Assembly: GCA_021773235.1 (NCBI GenBank)
Contig: JAJFKL010000022.1
Location: 389-64,388 of the forward strand
Length of the DNA stretch: 64,000 bases
Source of the DNA: Gammaproteobacteria bacterium
Lineage (GTDB): Bacteria > Pseudomonadota > Gammaproteobacteria > Eutrophobiales > Eutrophobiaceae
Direction: 5' to 3'
Shown here: piece by piece, positions 59,948 to 64,000 of the stretch
Layout: each line of letters opens with the position of its first letter
Position numbering within the stretch: the stretch's first letter is position 1
Notes under the pieces: generated by a model
The model's database searches: none
Seen by the model: the letters and a program-made list of their open reading frames with translations, nothing else
Told to the model about the DNA's origin: nothing
Program-made: the position numbers and the translations under genes

Positions 59948-60562
59948 CTACTCAAACACAAAAAAATGTGGCATTTCTTCCGGTGCATCTTCTTCCAGTC
60001 CCCAGACATCACTCATTCTTACCGTGTCTGGCATGTCTAAAATACCCCCCATGTTTGTTGGGTGCAGTCCTTTCTTTTTGAGGATTGCCATAGAATCTTT
60101 AGTGCCTCGTATAACAGTTTTGATGCTGTCAAAATCCAACGTGTTTTCTAAAGTTTTATGCGCTAAACGAATTCGGAAAAAAGCTAAGATGGCATCTCCT
60201 GGTTCAGTCGAAGGAACACCCAGTATTTTTGCGACTTCACTTATGCGCCCGACACCTTCTTCTATAATAGGCAATTCAATCTTAAGCCTATCTTCTGCTT
60301 TTTCAGGAAGTTCAAGTATTGTATGGAGATCGATATAGGCAAGTTCATAAAGATCTCCCATATCCTTGAAAGGATGAACATCAATAGACAAATAGCGCAA
60401 CGAGCAACCCGTCTCTTCAATATCTGCTTGCACCATACAAAATTGTATAGCCTCTTGCACAAAATCAATAAACATTGAAACTTGTGCTTCTTCTTCACCT
60501 TTGATTGGTGTTCCGGCTACTTGCTCAAACTCTGCCTCTGAAAAGGTCGTTAGTATGGTCAT
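59948..60562 (-). CDS. Hypothetical acidic cytoplasmic protein
   Basis: 204 aa ORF. No motif recognised. Confidence 0.55.
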   Translation of the reverse strand: MTILTTFSEAEFEQVAGTPIKGEEEAQVSMFIDFVQEAIQFCMVQADIEETGCSLRYLSIDVHPFKDMGDLYELAYIDLHTILELPEKAEDRLKIELPIIEEGVGRISEVAKILGVPSTEPGDAILAFFRIRLAHKTLENTLDFDSIKTVIRGTKDSMAILKKKGLHPTNMGGILDMPDTVRMSDVWGLEEDAPEEMPHFFVFE

Positions 60563-60699
60563 GCTTATTTTAAAACCTCAAAATTATTAATATTTTCAGC
60601 CGAATTCTAACGGTACTTGAGTATTCAGTACAGTTCCGAGTGATTCGTAAAATCATTACCCAAGCATCTACACTCACTCCAAGCCTGAGCTTAGCGTTT

Positions 60700-61173
60700 T
60701 CAGGGCTGTCCCCCGGCTTTGGCAATCCTGTCATACATCACGATACTACCTGTTACGGCTACATTTAAAGAATACTCACCTGGGAGCTTTACCAAGGATT
60801 GGCATTGTTCCAAGATCTGCGGTGGTAAGCCGCTTATTTCATTTCCTAGTAGATATACGACTCTATCTGGATGCTCATACTCGCTTAATGGTATCGCATC
60901 TTCACCCATTTCTACTGCTACTAATCTGGTTGAGTAGGGCAAATTATCTTTTAATTCTTCAAAGGTCTTGTAATGATACAGTGGAATTCTAGTCCATGAC
61001 TTTGTGACGTCGCTTCCTTGGTGCTTGTATTTCTTATCAACCGTGAATATAAAACTCGCGCCTAATAAATAAGCCGAACGCCAGAGCGTCCCTATATTTA
61101 TTTCATCACTGTTATTCAGAATTCCAATTCCAAAAAAACCGTAATCGTCTTTTATTTCCTTTACTCGCGACAT
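60700..61173 (-). CDS. SpoU/TrmH-family RNA 2'-O-methyltransferase
   Basis: 157 aa. LLGNEISGLP and SLNVAVTGSIVMYD (SPOUT motifs 2 and 3). Confidence 0.75.
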   Translation of the reverse strand: MSRVKEIKDDYGFFGIGILNNSDEINIGTLWRSAYLLGASFIFTVDKKYKHQGSDVTKSWTRIPLYHYKTFEELKDNLPYSTRLVAVEMGEDAIPLSEYEHPDRVVYLLGNEISGLPPQILEQCQSLVKLPGEYSLNVAVTGSIVMYDRIAKAGGQP

Positions 61174-61211
61174 TTAGAGTTCACATCCGACTTTGATTGC
61201 ATAATAAATTA

Positions 61212-62102
61212 TTAACCACAGACTATAGCTATTCCAAGTAGTAATGGTGTTAATAATGCCGCCGCTACATTTGTTGCCAAATATTGAGGATGCGCACCAA
61301 TTCTTGCGCCATATTTTATTGCTCCAGAAAGTGAAAATATCGAGAACAACATAGGAATGAGGGCGATGATACTAAAGCGTGGGATAATCTCACTGAAAAT
61401 GAAATAAATGATCAATGAATATGCCGTCAGCATAAAAATGGCATAAACAATGTTACTGTTTTTTATACCAAAGGAAATTGGAAACGTATTTCTTCCAATA
61501 GTTGAATCTGCTTCTATATCTGGATACTGATTTAATAAGAGAAGATTATTGACTAGTAAAAAAGGCACCAACGAGATCATCCATGCTAGGTTCGAATGTC
61601 CACCGGTTAAAACAACATGAGCACCAATAACCATAAGCACCCCAAACCCCAAGCCTGGGGCAATAAGACATAAGAAGGGAGAACGGTTAATCCACTTTGT
61701 ATACGCAATTATAAGAACCACACCAACTAAACCAATAGGCATGATTTCCATGCCGTGCTCTAGTACAAAACTTACTCCAATGATAATCGTCGCCGTTAAC
61801 GACACCAGACCAAGAACTAATACTGATTTAGCCATCTCAGGATTATCAGGCAATGCACCACTACCACCACTAAAAGGTGTTTTCTTGGTAATTAGATCCA
61901 GCCCACTTTTAAAATCATAATATTCATTAAGCGTGTTAACACTGATATGGGCAGCAATAGCGCCGAAAAATATTAGAATAACTGTAGCTAAATCAATGAT
62001 CGGATGAATTGCGTATGTAGTGCTAAATCCTAAAAATATACAGACAGGTGTTAAAATAAGAAAAGGCCCGCGAATTGTTTGAAGCAAGATTTTAATTCGC
62101 AT
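61212..62102 (-). CDS. UbiA-family prenyltransferase
   Basis: 296 aa with about 8-9 TM segments. NEYYDFKSGLD (N-x3-D... motif) and YPDIEADSTIGRNT (second Asp-rich motif). Confidence 0.8.
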   Translation of the reverse strand: MRIKILLQTIRGPFLILTPVCIFLGFSTTYAIHPIIDLATVILIFFGAIAAHISVNTLNEYYDFKSGLDLITKKTPFSGGSGALPDNPEMAKSVLVLGLVSLTATIIIGVSFVLEHGMEIMPIGLVGVVLIIAYTKWINRSPFLCLIAPGLGFGVLMVIGAHVVLTGGHSNLAWMISLVPFLLVNNLLLLNQYPDIEADSTIGRNTFPISFGIKNSNIVYAIFMLTAYSLIIYFIFSEIIPRFSIIALIPMLFSIFSLSGAIKYGARIGAHPQYLATNVAAALLTPLLLGIAIVCG

Positions 62103-62155
62103 CGTTTGTTTATCTTTAACAACTAATTAAGATCAACTGACAGGTTGATACAATG

Positions 62156-63628
62156 TTATTTTCCAAACATTGAACCTAAAATTCCACGAATAATTTTTCG
62201 CCCCAAAGCACTGCCCATACTGCGGGCGACACTTTTCATCATCGCTTCACCAATGCCCTGTCGATTACTGCGTCGTTTAGCAGGTTGTTTTGCGGTTGCT
62301 GTTTGTTTTGCTTGAGCCTTTTCTACTTTTTGCACAGTTTTCTTTGCACGCTTCTGTAATATTTCATGCGCTGAATTTCTATCCACAGACTCATTATAAC
62401 TATCACCAATAATTGAATTTTCAATCACCTCAGTTCGCTCTAATGCTTTTAATGGTCCGATACGTGATTGTGGCGGCCGGATTAAAGTACGCTCCACTGG
62501 CGTCGGGCTACCCTTTTCATCGAGAACAGAAACCAATGCTTCTCCTGTGCCCAGCTCAGTAATAATTTGTTTACAATCAAACTTTGGATTTGGTCGGAAT
62601 GTTTCAGCAACAGTCTTAACAACTTTTTTATCTTTTGGCGTAAAAGCACGCAAGGCATGCTGAATGCGTAAGCCAAGTTGCCCTAATATATCTTCAGGAA
62701 TATCAGTAGGGTTTTGACTTATAAAATAGATACCCACGCCTTTGGATCGGATCAGGCGAACAACTTGTTCTATTTTGTCGACTAATGAACGCGGTGCTCG
62801 ATCAAACAATAAGTGTGCTTCATCGAAAAAGAATACTAATTTTGGTTTTTTAGCATCCCCTACTTCGGGTAGTTGTTCAAATAACTCAGACAACAACCAT
62901 AAAAGAAATGAAGCATAGAGTTTAGGTGATTGCGATGAAAGTTTGGTCGCATCAAGTATATTAATAATGCCACGTCCGTCTTCATCTCTTTGCATCAGGT
63001 CACGTAAACCCAATGCTGGTTCGCCGAAAAAATTCTTTGCACCTTGTCGGTCAAGCACTAACAGCCTTCGTTGAATCGCAGCAACACTCGCTTTAGAGAT
63101 ATTACCGTAATTAGAACTTAGCTCACTGGCATTTTCAGCCATCCAACTAAGCATTGTTCGAAGATCTTTAAGATCCAGTAATAACAAACCTTCGTCATCT
63201 GCAATACTGAAACAGGCATAGAGAATGCCGCTCTGAGTATCATTTAACTCTAGTAAATTCGACAACAACAATGGCCCCATTTCCGAGATAGTTGTTCGAA
63301 TCGGATGTCCTTTTTTACCAAACATATCCCAAAACACAACCGGGCTCGCTTTAAATGCAAAATCTTTAATCGGGATCTCAGCAAGGCGTTCATCAATCTT
63401 GGGGTGAGGTGCGCCTGCTTTAGCAAGACCAGATAAATCACCTTTGATGTCCGCGACAAACACGGGCACACCCAATTGAGAAAATCCTTCTGCCAGAATT
63501 TGCAACGTTACTGTTTTGCCAGTGCCTGTAGCACCGGCAATCATACCGTGGCGATTACTAAGTTTAGCTAGTTGGCTTATAAGCTGTCCGTTAGCTCCGC
63601 CAATCGTCAAATGTGTGTTTTTATTCAT
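62156..63628 (-). CDS. HerA-like P-loop ATPase, DUF853/YjgR family
   Basis: 490 aa. Walker A GATGTGKT, Walker [13 protein letters not shown] and a basic C-terminal tail. Confidence 0.8.
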   Translation of the reverse strand: MNKNTHLTIGGANGQLISQLAKLSNRHGMIAGATGTGKTVTLQILAEGFSQLGVPVFVADIKGDLSGLAKAGAPHPKIDERLAEIPIKDFAFKASPVVFWDMFGKKGHPIRTTISEMGPLLLSNLLELNDTQSGILYACFSIADDEGLLLLDLKDLRTMLSWMAENASELSSNYGNISKASVAAIQRRLLVLDRQGAKNFFGEPALGLRDLMQRDEDGRGIINILDATKLSSQSPKLYASFLLWLLSELFEQLPEVGDAKKPKLVFFFDEAHLLFDRAPRSLVDKIEQVVRLIRSKGVGIYFISQNPTDIPEDILGQLGLRIQHALRAFTPKDKKVVKTVAETFRPNPKFDCKQIITELGTGEALVSVLDEKGSPTPVERTLIRPPQSRIGPLKALERTEVIENSIIGDSYNESVDRNSAHEILQKRAKKTVQKVEKAQAKQTATAKQPAKRRSNRQGIGEAMMKSVARSMGSALGRKIIRGILGSMFGK

Positions 63629-63656
63629 GTTTTTTATTATATATTTTATGCGGGTT

Positions 63657-64000
63657 TTATATAGCTTTGCCTTTTTTCAACAGTTCTTTTATTAGTTCTT
63701 TTTCTTTCAGCTCACTACTATCACCACCAATAAAGGTGCTTGATCCAGAAGAAAAACTACCGCCAAATGTGTCGACCAGATTGACGGTTTGTCCGAGCCC
63801 ACTCAAAAAGTCTTCATCGCTTAAGGTTGACAGAGGATGTATATAAGCACTCCATAATATGTCCTTAGCAATGGCATAGCGTGCATCTAATGCGCTATCA
63901 AAGTTTGCTTGCATGATTCGATAAAGGTGCTTTTCCGTTAGTTCGGATGTTTCTGTGATGGGAATGACAATGCGCATTCGATCAGCATCCTCATCGGTAA
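63657..64000 (-). CDS. Hypothetical protein (C-terminal part; reading frame stays open to the window edge)
   Basis: The track ORF starts at M (63977), but the frame continues upstream (..[14 protein letters not shown]) with no stop before position 64000. No family securely recognised; a YbjN-like chaperone fold is only a guess. Confidence 0.5.
   Translation of the reverse strand, partial: TDEDADRMRIVIPITETSELTEKHLYRIMQANFDSALDARYAIAKDILWSAYIHPLSTLSDEDFLSGLGQTVNLVDTFGGSFSSGSSTFIGGDSSELKEKELIKELLKKGKAI

Noticed and set aside
59943-60338. 131 aa plus-strand ORF.
   Set aside because: It is antisense to the longer 204 aa frame, and its Ser-rich composition is typical of a shadow ORF. Neither frame has a recognised motif, so this rejection is only moderately confident.

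Overview
AT-rich chromosomal segment that looks gammaproteobacterial from its gene content and synteny. I cannot name the taxon from the sequence alone. I call about 62 protein genes, one tRNA-Ser(UGA), four clear rho-independent terminators and a set of short structured intergenic repeats.

Most of the window is conserved housekeeping backbone:
- udg-uvrC-pgsA
- tRNA-Ser next to a yccA-like gene
- pntAB
- serS-crcB-rarA-(GGDEF)-lolA-ftsK, divergent from trxB
- a FemAB-like GNAT gene followed by aat-bpt-infA
- kdsB-ycaR-lpxK-exbD-exbB-comEC
- lolD plus a single lolC/E-type permease
- tsaB, cpdA and yoaA
- efp-epmA, divergent from epmB
- patZ
- a SpoU / UbiA / DUF853 cluster

I saw no transposase, integrase, phage gene, CRISPR array or recognisable defence gene.

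Accessory-looking parts:
1. 2.8-10.8 kb, lying between udg and the 3' end of tRNA-Ser. It holds a MerR-HTH/PAS-like/class III cyclase fusion with a Hanks-type Ser/Thr kinase. It also holds a tightly packed four-gene envelope operon: LCAT-like lipase, di-haem cytochrome c, Rof-like protein and a small catalase-related haem protein.
2. 15.5-16.9 kb: a roughly 290 nt multi-hairpin non-coding element, followed by a lipoprotein and MAPEG gene pair.
3. 41.3-43.8 kb: an 818 aa DUF342/FapA-like protein with three N-terminal modules.
4. 48.4-48.9 kb: a 159 aa orphan gene 3 nt downstream of epmA.
5. 51.6-56.4 kb: repeat-laden spacers around two small unknown genes and a PAS-GGDEF-EAL gene.
6. 59.2-60.6 kb: two unknown genes upstream of patZ.

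My best candidate for an undescribed system is the 5.6-10.2 kb lipase / di-haem / Rof-like / catalase-like operon, read as a possible envelope lipid-oxidation (oxylipin) module. The adjacent cyclase-kinase pair is second.

All functional calls rest on motifs I recognised by eye in the supplied translations. No database search was run.
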